NCBI GenBank assembly: GCA_051362555.1
Contig: CM120642.1
Coordinates: forward strand, 15,500,001 to 15,564,000
Direction of reading: 5' to 3'
Source: Lingula anatina
Lineage: Eukaryota; Animalia; Brachiopoda
DNA: 64,000 bases
A model generated the notes under the pieces. The model was not told where the DNA came from and ran no database searches. It was given only the letters and a program-made list of their open reading frames with translations. Below, piece after piece: positions 13,681-25,569 of this stretch. The stretch's first letter is position 1. Every line of letters begins with the position of its first letter. Both the position numbers and the translations under genes were made by a program.

Positions 13681-14469
13681 AAAAGTCCTAGAACATTTTT
13701 TACTGAGTCTCACATGAATATTTTCAGCTCTGCTCATTTTGATTTTTTAACATGGATGAGATACATAATCAATCCTAATAGCGACTGGATGGCAATTTTG
13801 ACTCTTTAAAGAGATATGATAAATAATGCTCTTTAATCCAGAAAAGAAATACATATAAATATATTATTGTTATTATAACTTTATAACTCTTAAGGAGTGT
13901 ATTTCACTTTCTTTTAGTGAACTAATACCATTACAAAAACCAATAACTGATTCTCTGATCAGTTTGAACATGCAAAGAACTTAAACTAGCAGAACTTGAG
14001 ATATAAAGCTGATGAACAGGGAGATTGACATTTTCTTATGCAAATTATTTGAATGTTCCGCCTTTTTAAACATTTATTAGAAACGAGAAAGAATGTCACA
14101 ATTCTGGATCTTTGTGTTATACAAGCCAGGTACATTTTTTATGTGGAGCTTATCAAATATCGTTTTGTCATACCACGACAGTCTTATTGTATTTCCATGT
14201 TACTCTCTCCGTGTGTTGCTTTTGCCTTGTATCCTACCATACATTACAAATGAGGCAGTGACAGATAAAAAGTAATCCCAAATTACTATTCAACTGTTTC
14301 AAATCATCCACACATCTCAAAGCTACACCAAATCCCGAAATTTTGACAACTCCCTCAAATATTCATGTGAGACTCAGTAAAAAATGTTCTAGGACTTTTG
14401 GATATATGGATATATATATGTATGGATACATATGGATATACTTTTGGATATATATAAATGGATAAAGTA

Positions 14470-14529
<60 letters not shown>

Positions 14530-16136
14530 GGATCAGATATCATCGCCCAAGTATGTACTACTTACTGGGTTAAGCTAACCAGGATTTCCAGGGGTCCTGG
14601 ATTTCCTAGAGGGGTGTTCGGCTTTTTAAATCCTCCCCCCCCCCCCCCACCCGAATTTTTTTTAAAATTTTAATACGTGGACAGAACGGTTTAAATTTAA
14701 AATTGAGTAATAATTTAATATATCAGTTTTAGAAAGTCATCAAGTAACATCGCAAGACTAATGTAAGCCATATGACGGTCATGTTCGGTTTCAGAGATTT
14801 TGTATCTCGTGTATCTAGGCATAGGACGGGCTGAGATTTGACATTGACAGAATACTTTAACATAGTTTTGTCTGTTACTAAATAACTATCTGGAATCAAA
14901 ATCGGGAAGGGATTTTAGGGAATGGTGTAAGGCACGTGAGTAAATTGTGTGGTGCAGAACTACATAAACAGTGACAAAGACGTTTTATTGTGAAACGTGC
15001 CTATTCTACCGGGAGCGTCGAGTAGCGTGAAGGTGTGTGTGTGTGTGTGTGTGTGTGTGGAGGAGGGGGGGGGGGGGGGGCGAAATCTCCTTTATTAAAA
15101 TACCTTTTGTAACAGAAATTGATAAATCAAGCTTTTGTGTAAACAATGAAAACATCTTACGATTCATGCCTTGCTAGTATAAAGTAATCGTATTCAGGGA
15201 AAGAGGTTTTTAAAATAACAACCCTTTTGGGTAATATTCGCACGTTATTAATACTAACAAAAATAAAAAAATCCGTATAAAAAAGAGGTATTACGAGAAG
15301 CACAATTATTTTACTGACAAATATTGTTCTCAACCTCAAGTATATATATTTTTTAAAATGCCTGGTAACTAAGGTTTTGCAAATTACTTTCCATGAGAAT
15401 GCGTTTTTGTCGTGTTTTGTATAAAACAATTGAGTGTGTCCTGCCTATCGTCTAGCTAATCAAAGATGTTATTGAAGATTCTTTGTATGGCTAAAATATT
15501 ACAAAAACATCAAACAACAAAAAATAATGACCCGCAGCAAAAGGCGTCACAATTTCTTTTTCAGTTTTTAAAAGCCAGGTGACACCGCGGACGTAGCCGC
15601 AATCTATATTGTGCCATTTAAAATGAACATAAACACAGACATTTTCTGAGACGTTAGACATCATACTCACTTCTTGCATTTGTGCTTTAGTAGAAATAAC
15701 CTAGATCGATTGGAGAATGCTAGATGGAGCTGCGAACTACAATAACGATGGTTTACATTTTGTTTTTTTATGTCAGAACAGATAAATCTAGTAATTATTT
15801 TTTGCGGCGATTTAAGTGGCTAGACTGATTTAAGTAAATTCCACTTGGATAAACAATTCTTTCTCCTGTTTTAAATTCTTAAATGGACCTACACATTGAG
15901 AATCAGCGAGTGTTCTCGTGGAAGGCGAGGCAAGTCCCGAGTTCGATTTTTAGGTAGAGTCGAGTCAGAGACCACCTCACTGAGAAAACACACAAATGGA
16001 ACTGTTGTGTGCCCGACCATGAAGCACTGATAATGAGCAATTGGCCTATAAGCATGTACAATGTTAAACAATGTTAAAACGCATATTTTAATAAAAGTGT
16101 AAAATCCTATATGGTTTAAAATGGATAAAGTAAGCG
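10438..16136. mobile_element. Putative non-autonomous TIR DNA element forming the spacer of the palindrome (5.7 kb)
   Basis: Imperfect ~45-bp terminal inverted repeats CG(T/C)TTACTTTATCCATTTTAAACCATA..GGATTTTACAC, each flanked by TA; the same terminal motif bounds the nested element at 13597-14473. No transposase ORF seen. Confidence 0.5.
13597..14473. mobile_element. MITE-like element with ~120-bp terminal inverted repeats in a (TA)n context
   Basis: 13597-13723 is the reverse complement of 14357-14473 (CGTTTACTTTATCCATTT...CCAAAAGTCCTAGAACATTTTTTACTGAGTCTCACATGAATATT). Confidence 0.7.
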
Positions 16137-16913
16137 TACAAATGAGAAAAAATTCATTTTTAAATTTTTTTATCTTATTATTCGTATTTATTATCTTTTT
16201 TCTGTTTTTTCTCTACTCAAGCCAGTGACATAAGAGTACTGGTCACCTGAAGCCAAAAAGGATGGCACCTGTTCTTAATTATTGCCTAAATCAATAGATG
16301 TTTTATATACAAAAATAAAATCATTCGTTTCTTCTGCCTTGTAGAAGTTAATCAATATTTTTCATATGACCCACTGCTGCTATTCTTTCTATTCGTGAAA
16401 TCATAATAACTTATTTTCATTCCATTTCTTGATTACAAAATGTGTTTAAGAGAACTGAGGTGGATGTACATGTCCAGTCCAGCGTGCTTTCAAATGACTC
16501 ACTACAATTCGCTACAATCAGAACAACCATACTCCCTCAGGGTGCCTCGAAAATGCAGTCATTCTACGCCCTATTACGTCATCCACATTTTGGATCAGTG
16601 CTGGAATACACGCGCACAATATAGTGGCCTGCGAGAAGTTCACAGCTTCCAGTATAACCGACATCGTGCCTATCATAATTTTGGGGAGAGGATTTGTTGC
16701 TCAGAAATTGTCATCTACTTTGTCTGTTACATTTCGAGGTCACTGCTTAGTACTTAATACTTTTACCATAAAATGAAATGATAAACAAAAAATCAAAATA
16801 GAAAATATAAAATTAAATTTATATGTCTTTAAGATATTATAATCAAATTGGCGTATCACTATCAAAGACCATCCCCTATGAACAAGTTGACTAGTGGTGA
16901 CAACAGGAACGCC

Positions 16914-16965
16914 ACCACGTGACTAAAGGTATAAAAGCGCGGAATTTTGAAAGTGCGTTCACTCA
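16914..16965 (+). promoter_or_regulatory. Pol II core promoter (E-box CACGTGAC, TATAAAAG at -31, Inr-like TCACTC), right copy
   Basis: CACGTG 16916-16921; TATAAAAG 16930-16937; the A of TCACTC is at 16961, exactly 31 nt from the TATA start; a CpG-rich stretch follows. Confidence 0.7.
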
Positions 16966-17319
16966 ACTGCGGACAGATCTAGAGCAACAGCAAGGACGTC
17001 GTGTGCTGCGCCCTGTATCAAGCACAAAGGACACGCGAGTCGACTCGCATTTCTCCGAATCTTTCCTCATCCTACGTCAACGCATCGCTCTTCGACATAT
17101 TGTTCCTTGCACACGCAGACGTCTAGACGTTGGATTCGGCGTTTCTCTAAGCTGGCCAGCTACAACCTTCGCTTCTCCCCACGAGGAATCGTCGCTCAGG
17201 GATCTTCGGAGGATACTTCACCTTTTTGCTGTCGTGGACTAGTCGTAGTGTCATTGCATTATTGCATGCGTTCCAGGTTTATTTTTTTTATTACAGTTCG
17301 TTCTTATTTCTGTTTACAG

Positions 17320-18098
17320 TACAAAGAAGATGATGAGCGCTACCTGTGGGACTTCGACTGCACTCCTTAAGGTATGTAATCTTTTTCTTTTTGGAAGTGG
17401 AGTTTAAGAAATGAAAGAAATCTAATCTCGTTCTTATTTCTGTTTACAGGACATAGAAGATGATGAGCAGCACCGGTGGGACTTCGACTGCACTCCTTAA
17501 GGTATGTAATCTTTTTCTTTTTGGAAGTAGAGTTTAAGAAATGAAAGAACTCTAATCTCGTTCTTATTTCTGTTTACAGGACAAAGAAGATGATGAGCGC
17601 CACCGGTGGGACTTCGACTGCACTCCATAAGGTATGTAATCTTTTTCTTTTTGGAAGTGGAGTTTAAGAAATGAAAGAAATCTAATCTCGTTTTTTATTT
17701 CTGTTTACAGGACAAAGAAGATGAGCGCCACCGGTGGGACTTCGACTGCACTCCATAAGGTATGTAATCTTTTTCTTTTTGGAAGTGGAGTTTAAGAAAT
17801 GAAAGAAATCTAATCTCGTTTTTTATTTCTGTTTACAGGACAAAGAAGATGATGAGCGCCAACGGTGGGACTTCGACTGCACTCCATAAGGTATGTAATC
17901 TTTTTCTTTTTGGAAGTAGAGTTTAAGAAATGAAAGAACTCTAATCTCGTTCTTATTTCTGTTTACAGGACATAGAAGATGATGAGCACCACCGGTGGGA
18001 CTTCGACTGCACTCCATAAGGTATGTAATCTTTTTCTTTTTGGAAGTAGAGTTTAAGAAATGAGAGAAATCTAATCTTGTTTTTATTTCTGTTTACAG
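17320..18098 (+). repeat. ~130-bp tandem array of exon+intron cassettes, 6 micro-exons
   Basis: Acceptors end at 17319, 17449, 17579, 17710, 17838, 17968 and 18098; a GTATGT donor follows each micro-exon. Confidence 0.9.
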
Positions 18099-18160
18099 AA
18101 CACAACTGCAAGAAGAGGACCCACATCTACACTTCAGCTACTTCGACCAATCTTTGTTGC

Positions 18161-18326
18161 CAGCGAGTCCTGCCATGGTCCGTCTACGAGGTGGCTGCAC
18201 TGGGGGAAGCGTCCAGCGAGTCCTGCCATGGTCCGTCTACGAGGTGGCTGCCCTGGGGAAGCGTCCAGCGAGTTCTGCCATGGTCCGTCTACGAGGTTGC
18301 TGCAATGTGGAAGCGTCCAGCGAGTC
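18161..18326 (+). repeat. 53-bp tandem repeat, 3 copies plus a partial
   Basis: Reverse complement of the 8173-8646 unit. Confidence 0.95.
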
Positions 18327-21300
18327 TTATCATGTGGTGTTTCAGTGAGATGGAAAATCCTGAAAGGTAACCCGTGTTATTGGGGAGAGCAATATACTAA
18401 AATGATTTACTTTTAGTTGTAGTCCGTGCCATAAACTTTTCACCTTACTGGCCGTTTTGACCGCCTTACTTTCCTAACTCTTCGTTTTGGCCAAAAAATG
18501 AATTTTCCTGGAGTAAACAACAATGTCCCCATACTTACCAAGGGTTAATGAATCAATTTTTTATTCAAAGTTAGTCCATTTTGTTTTAAAGTTTGGTTTT
18601 TTGTTAAAATCTCTTAAGAGATTATAACAGAGTACAGTCATCAATGGAAGTCACGTGATCTAAAGACAAGCTTAGATATCAGAATAATAGCTATAATTGC
18701 TGTGTTTGTGGTAAAACAATATATTATATTTCTATGAGCTGTTCACAATGCTTTTATTGTGAAATAAAGATATCATACGAAGAGTTATTATTCCTTTAAA
18801 TCTAGAAGTCTGAATCTGTATTTACTGGTCCTAATACAAATTTGAATAGGAATGGACTGTATTGCATTAATATTTGTATTAACAAGACCTTGTCATTTAA
18901 AATTGTGATTTAACAGTTAATTAAATAAATTAATTCAAATCTAAAGCTCTTATGAAAACTTGTAGAAAAATCTATCAACCACGTTACTAAATTAACACAT
19001 TCTAGAAATGCACTGGTTCAAACAATTTTAATGGACGCCGACTGCTTTGATTTTTAAAACTTATTCCATTTTCGTTTCTGTTTACAGAACTCAGTGATGG
19101 CAACTCCTGTTAGTTCCCAGTTTTCAAAAGAAGTGCAAGAAGAGCGGCACATTTGTTTATTTCTATCAGTCCTTGGTGCCTGATTTAGTCCTGCCATGGT
19201 CTGTTTATAAGGTGGCTGTATGGGAGAACAGCAGAAGCATGTGACGTTTCACTGAGATGGAAAGCCTTAAAAGGTACATGTAACTCATGTTATTTGGGAA
19301 AGCAAAACACGTTCCTTCCTTTATGCCTCTTGTTCTCCAGTCACTTCCTTTTTGTAGAATCTAAGCACTCTCCCAATCGATGTTTTTCCTGGTCTGTTAC
19401 AGCAAATACAATGTTCCTTTTCCGTCGTTAACTCTAAATTTTGCCGTACTCCATTGTGTCACAGAAGTGTGAAGGTCGCCCGTGGCATGTGATAAAAATA
19501 TATGATAAGTTTTATCAGAGTTTGTGACAAAATTACTCTTGATATCTATTTTTTATCAAACCCGTGAAACTTTTTAAACACATTTCGTATTGCAATTGTT
19601 GGCTTTTATTACATTTTAAAATTATTAATCAAATTTGCAGGCTACCAAAAGTGGAGGTGTCCAAAAATGTCGATTGCAACATCCAAACCACCAGATGAAA
19701 CACTTCTTCTTCAGGAGCGAGGGATCTTCTTGCTAGATAAGTTTGTAAGTTCTTGGGGATCGTATATACAGAATTGGCAAAAGCGCCCAGCACATTCCTA
19801 AACATTGCATCCTTTAACTAATAGCCAAGTGTCTAAATTAGTTATTAAATAATTCAATCATATATTATTTTTCTTTCCTTAAGAAAAGTAGCATGGACAG
19901 CCAACAATTTTAACATGTAACATTTCAAGGTGAAATAACTTTTAAGTGAACACATTACATTTCATTTGTAGGCTACGAAAAGGGATTTCCAGAAATGATG
20001 CCCGAAGGCAAACAGCTTCAACCGTAGACCAAATATCCAAGATGTGAAACGCTTCATAGCGCTAGCAAGGAACCCCCTGAAGCCACTTTTCATTGACGAT
20101 TGGACGTCCTAGCAGTCTTTGTTTTGAAGGATACAACTTGTTCTGCAAACAAATATAGAGAATGTGCAATGGAAATGGAAAGCAATATGCTGAGTATAAT
20201 AGGAATACAAACAAGTAATGGACTTGGGGCTTTTGGATAATAAGAATATTTGGGTTTCATTGGTCACAAACTTTTGTCGAGTGTAATTGCACTAAGTTTT
20301 GTTTTTCACTAGTGTAAGTGATGTTTTATTACAATGGCTGAAGGTCTGAATGATGATTCTTAATTCCATGCATTCCAATTGAATACGATGAGGCGTGGTT
20401 ATGTATAAAAATGTGTTAAGTCTACCTCTTCAGATATAATAATAATCATCATGTTAATGATTTTAATTGAATATCCAGTTGCTGTATACATTCTAAATAC
20501 AGATAGTTTTATGCTCACAAAAACATGCGCATTTCCACCACTTATGGTCGTCTGTGTTTTGTTTCAATCTTAGTGCAGTAGTCTTTTATGAAATTTGTGC
20601 TTTTGATGATGTGGAGTTGTTTGTCAGTAAGGCATTTGAGAAGGTCTTAACCTGCACACTAACCTTACTAATAAACCCTCACATCTTTGTAAAATCTGAC
20701 TTCATGTAAACGCTTTTACATGAAGAGATTTTACATTGATAGCCTGTGCAAAATCTGCAATGAAATATTTTACATGTGAAAATATTTCATTATTTTTTGC
20801 ACAGTCTGCTCTACTTGAGAGATGCCATCATCTCTCAAGATAGAGATCACATTACTAACATTCAGATTTTCTCAAGTGTTACTTGACAAATAAATCCACT
20901 TCATCATATATGCACCTTTTCTCCGGATCAACCAAATTCAAATTGAAATTTACATGGACGGTCAAACAGTGATGTGAGATGCGAAATAAATCGAAGCAAG
21001 CTTGCTTTATTCTCAACTTGTATCATATAGGTAGTGGCGATTTCAGGGCAAAATGAAAATTTAGAAATTTTATAGTTTTAGGTATTTTATCCAGAGTTAT
21101 GTCTTAGTTTAGTTTAAATCATTGAGATACCCGAGTTATGGTCATATTACATGAATCTGTTTATGGTCTGTTTATGTTATCGTTAGAAATTTCAGGACTG
21201 AGCGACTTAATTTATGGCTTTGCCCCCCTGGATAAAGTTTTAACTAGTTTCGTGTTAAGTCTCTAGTAAATGTCTCGGGTTGGCTTCAGTGCCTCTTTCT

Positions 21301-22574
21301 GTATGAATTACTTTGGTCAATATGTTTATCTTGTATAGTATACCGGTATAAAGAGAATAGTTTGTAGTCTCGAAAGTTTATTCAGTCGTGCCATGCTGTC
21401 TAAAACGGGACGATATTCTTGAGCTTGTAAGGCGCTGTAAAAACTGTTATCCGGGCCTGGGCACTTTCCCGGCATTCCCCAAGAAGGGTTTAGACGGGGT
21501 TTTCCCCACGGCCCGAGAGCATCTGGTACCAACCTCTGACCATCAAAATTTGGCTTCAGTGCCTCTTTCTGAATGAATTACTTTGGTAAATTTGTTTATC
21601 TGGTACATTTCTGGGCTATTTGCGTTTCGTTGTGAGATGATAAAGACAGGAATGGAAGATATAAACTTTCAGTATAACTACCGTTTTTTAATCCATTGCA
21701 TTTACGTATAGTAATTCATTAATGATTACTTGCAAATCCTATTGGAATTGTATGTAACTGTTCATCATTGAACTTGTTAGTTGAATAAAAATTATATTCT
21801 AAACTTGATTTACTCTTTTGTAGTTACTTTCACACCGATTTCTTCCATAAAACCAGACGATGTTAAGTAAATAAATAAATTTTTTGATTTTAGAAACGAT
21901 TTTGCAGTGTTGCGCAACGTTTCAATTTTGGGAATAACTCTTGCCACAATACCAAGACTTTAATGAGTTGGAATAGAGCACCTAGAATTAACAGTTCCGT
22001 GCCGTCATTTTGGTCTAAATATTTTTTGTTATGTTTGAGATGCTTGTTAAAAATTGTCCATTCTGAAACAAAGTACCTTTACATTGCCAATGTTATAAAT
22101 AGAGAGAATTCTGTCTTTAATGCTGTATGTTTCACTTGACATGAGCAAATTACTGTTAGAGCATCATGCATATGACATAAAAATAATAGAAAAACATTTC
22201 TTCAATGGCATCTTTTTAAATTTCTATATATATCCTCAACAAAAAAATTCATTTTTGCAAGTCAGCATCTTTTCTTTGGATCTACTAGAACTTCCATTGC
22301 ATATTTTCCCAAAGTTCATGTATTTCAAAGTTAAATTAACAATCAATTGAAGAGATTATATCAGTTTAAATAAAAATAAAGGCAATTTGGATGCTTTGTA
22401 TCGGAAAGGACATTTTTAACAGATTGTCTAAAACACTTGTTTACTCTTTGGTCTGCTCATCTATTTATTATTCATGAGGAAAAGGAAGATGGAAAGCACA
22501 TGAAATTTATGTAGAATATAATTTTGAATAATATAACTTACCTTACTTTAATATTGCTTACTTATGATGTACAT

Positions 22575-24969
22575 TTTTAGGGAAGTTATGCTGTTTTTTA
22601 AAAACTTTTTTCAGCATATATGCAGCGCCGATAACACGATAAGTGGAAAACCATTTTACCTTTTGGCTTGAAACTTACAAAACTGATGAATATTCATAAT
22701 ACGCAGGTCAAAGTTGAAAATCAGCATGATTGGGCAATTTTTATGGAAATTATTCTTTTTTTTTCAAATTTTTCAGCATTTTTATAACATGGATAATAAG
22801 ATAAGTGTTAATTTTTTTCCTTTTGGATTGAAACTTACAGAACTGATGAATATTCATAATACGAAGGTCAAGTTGGAAATTTGGCTTGATTGGACTATTT
22901 TTACAAATGTTATCCTGTTTTTTTTCCTTATTCAGCATATGTGCAACACTGATAACACATTTTAAGGAAAACCAAGCAGCCATTTGTCTTGCAGCTCACA
23001 GGAGTGATTAGTCTAACTAGTATACAGATCAAGTTTGAAAATAAGCTTGATCAGTTAATTTTTGATGAAGTTATTAGCCTTTTTGTATATAAGTGTTTTT
23101 TCTTCAGATTTAATTCTTAGGCATGTTGACAGTCTCATAATGGAACTAATTAGATATGTAAAAGTGTTGTTTTGTCATTTTCTGCTTCTTAACAATATTG
23201 TTAGTTGATTGTATAAAAATGACGGTAAACCTGTTATCGTGCATTGTGTAATAAAGTATCAAAATGGAAAGGAACTCATCATTGCAGTTTGTCAGATTCA
23301 ATCATTCACTATGTTCAGAATCTGTGAATGGAGCAAATTGGACATTTAAAATTGTTCTATTGATATTTTTCCTATGTCAACAATTTTCCTAGTTGATCAT
23401 TTAAAAATGACAGAAAATTGATTATTTTGTTTTATGTAAAAAAAAGGTGTTGAAAATGGAAAGAAAACCATTTCAGTACAGTTATCTCTTGTTTACATTT
23501 TGGTATTTTGAAAGTGTGACTCTGAACTTCCATGGCCTTGAAGACCTTCCCATATCACATTTTCTGAATATCCATGATACTTTTATTTTTTTTATAAAAA
23601 ATTGATGGCCATTATGCTGTTAAGTATTATGTTATATTGCATGAAAGTTGAAGGAAACCCTATTTTGGAAACTGCTGCCAGGATAGCGATTGAGGGAAAA
23701 CCATGTTACTTATGATGCTCAAACTTACTGAAAAGTTTCATAAGGCTGAAGTGCAGCTTGTGTTGAAAAATCAGTGTGATTGTTTTCTGTTTTGGAAGAA
23801 ATGCAGTTCTTTTGAGTGCTATATGGTGCAATAAATGTATATGGATAGCGGGCAGTGTATTAATTCGGGACCATAAAGTAATTTGCTTAATTAATTTTCA
23901 AGTTATTTTAGGGTTATAAAGTAATTTTCAAGTGGCCATTAAATGAGATTACATAAAACACACGTTGAGATTTCATTGTAAAGTCCCCTGGGTTTATCTC
24001 TTTTAACTGTGTCACCTAATTAGGAATCGATGATTATTATGCAGGTAAATGTTAGTCATGTTACTAATTACACAGCTAGATTAAAAGTTTGAATAGCAGC
24101 TTTATGTTTTATTTTACATTTTCTTTTAATTATTTTTCAAACACTAGCATCTTCAAGATATCACTTTCAACTCCCATGCACCAGAATCACTGTGCATTTT
24201 CTGTTTTTCCACATTAGGAGTTGTGTTGGTTTTTATGTCTTTAAGCATTGTGTTATTATATTATTTTATTCACTCTCATCTTTTTTCACATATTGGGATT
24301 TTCATTGTGTGAATTTGAACTCTCACATACGGTCTTGAAACTGTAATCTTATAGACCATGTTATTCTGTTGTACATTTTGTGAAATTTTTATCTTTCACA
24401 TACTGGCAATATCGGTGTGGGACTTATAACACCCAAGGGCATGTAACAGTTCACTTTTATTGATGCTACCTATTGTGCAATATTTGCAACTTGACTTTGC
24501 AGTTAAAGGGATAATAACTGTTCTTTTTGGCAAATAATTAATTTTTTTTTCGAAAAAGTGTTTTTTTTTTTTTTTGTTATAATCTCTTAAGAAATTATTA
24601 CAAAGTATAGCATCTATGGAGGTCACATGGTCTGATGACAAGTTCAGATATCCGAATAATAGCTATGGCTGCCCTTTTTGTGATAAAACATACTTCAGAA
24701 TCTGTGAGTTGTTAACACTGTTTAAACTCAAGTTGGGCGATTCATATCATAGTTATACAGCTAGACTGAATGGCAGCTTTAGTGGAATATTTTTGAAATA
24801 TTTTCTTTAATTTTTGATTTTTCAAACTGGCATTTTCAAGATGTGACTTATCACTCCCATCCACCAGGTGCCCTGTACTGTTACTTTGTAACATTTTCTG
24901 TATTTTTTTAACTTACAAGAATGATTCTTAGGATTGACTTACAGCCCAAATAATAAAAACAGCTCTATT

Positions 24970-25030
<61 letters not shown>

Positions 25031-25484
25031 GAAGCATTTTTTTGTGAATTTTTTAAAACTTTATCTCATTCTGGCATTTCCAAAATATGAACAAAATATG
25101 AACTTCCAAAATATAACTTATCAGCCTGAAGCCTTAGGGATCATTTCAAGGGAATTCTCGCTAAATGCAATCAATGTAAGAGGCTTAGCTGTCTGTCATG
25201 CCTACTGAAACTGGCATGCCAGAATCCTAAGCTGCTTAAGCTGAAAGCAATTTAGTGAGAAACCCCTTGGAGTTGGATTGATCCTGTTAGATTGATATAG
25301 TCTAATGCTTGTTACACATTTTACTTTGATCCTAATCCACTGTAATGCAGAATTATAATTTGATGTTGGTGATGTAGTAACAGTGAGCATAATACATCAG
25401 TACATCAGAACTGACAGTGTCCTATTTTCTGCATTTTTATTTTCTGTTTTTTGTCTGTACATTTGACAGCTTTGCTGCCTTGTT
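22575..25484 (+). mobile_element. Helentron/HINE-like element, copy B (5' end truncated or unclear)
   Basis: Starts with ~161-bp core repeats homologous to 25570-26360 and continues colinear with copy C; the 3' subTIR, stem-loop and TTGTT are at 25452-25484. Confidence 0.6.
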
Positions 25485-25569
25485 TATGTACAGACACAGA
25501 TGTGTCTGTACATATAGCCATCACCTGCGCCTGTTGTCGTCGCTGTTGCTGTCGTCGCCGTGCACTTTT

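Larger units (their letters stand above)
16961..20700 (+). other. Putative spliced orphan transcription unit (lncRNA or short-peptide gene); mirror copy on the minus strand from 9979
   Basis: Leader 16961-17276; micro-exons 17320-17371, 17450-17501, 17580-17631, 17711-17759, 17839-17890, 17969-18020; exon 18099-18366; diverged paralogous exon 19088-19273; further AG-bounded segments at ~19358, ~19641, ~19972; AATAAA at 20670. No long spliced ORF found. The first intron would be only 43 nt, which is doubtful. Confidence 0.5.
16137..23441 (+). repeat. Right arm of the giant inverted duplication
   Basis: Reverse complement of 3887-10437, plus segments absent from the left arm (~16266-16630 and ~18327-19275). 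Confidence 0.97.

Noticed and set aside
14473-14523. (TA)n tract and Tyr-Ile repeat ORFs (also 13645, 24973, 28186)
   Set aside because: Simple microsatellites; the ORFs are artefacts.
16919-17370. Track ORFs of 107 aa and 87 aa (and mirrors 9570-10021) as protein genes
   Set aside because: They start at GTG/TTG, the first begins upstream of the TATA box, and no domain is recognisable; their duplication only reflects the inverted repeat.
3887-23441. Polinton/Maverick or other autonomous element with long TIRs
   Set aside because: No polymerase, integrase, capsid or transposase ORF, no matching termini or target duplication at the outer ends, and the right arm runs on into element B.
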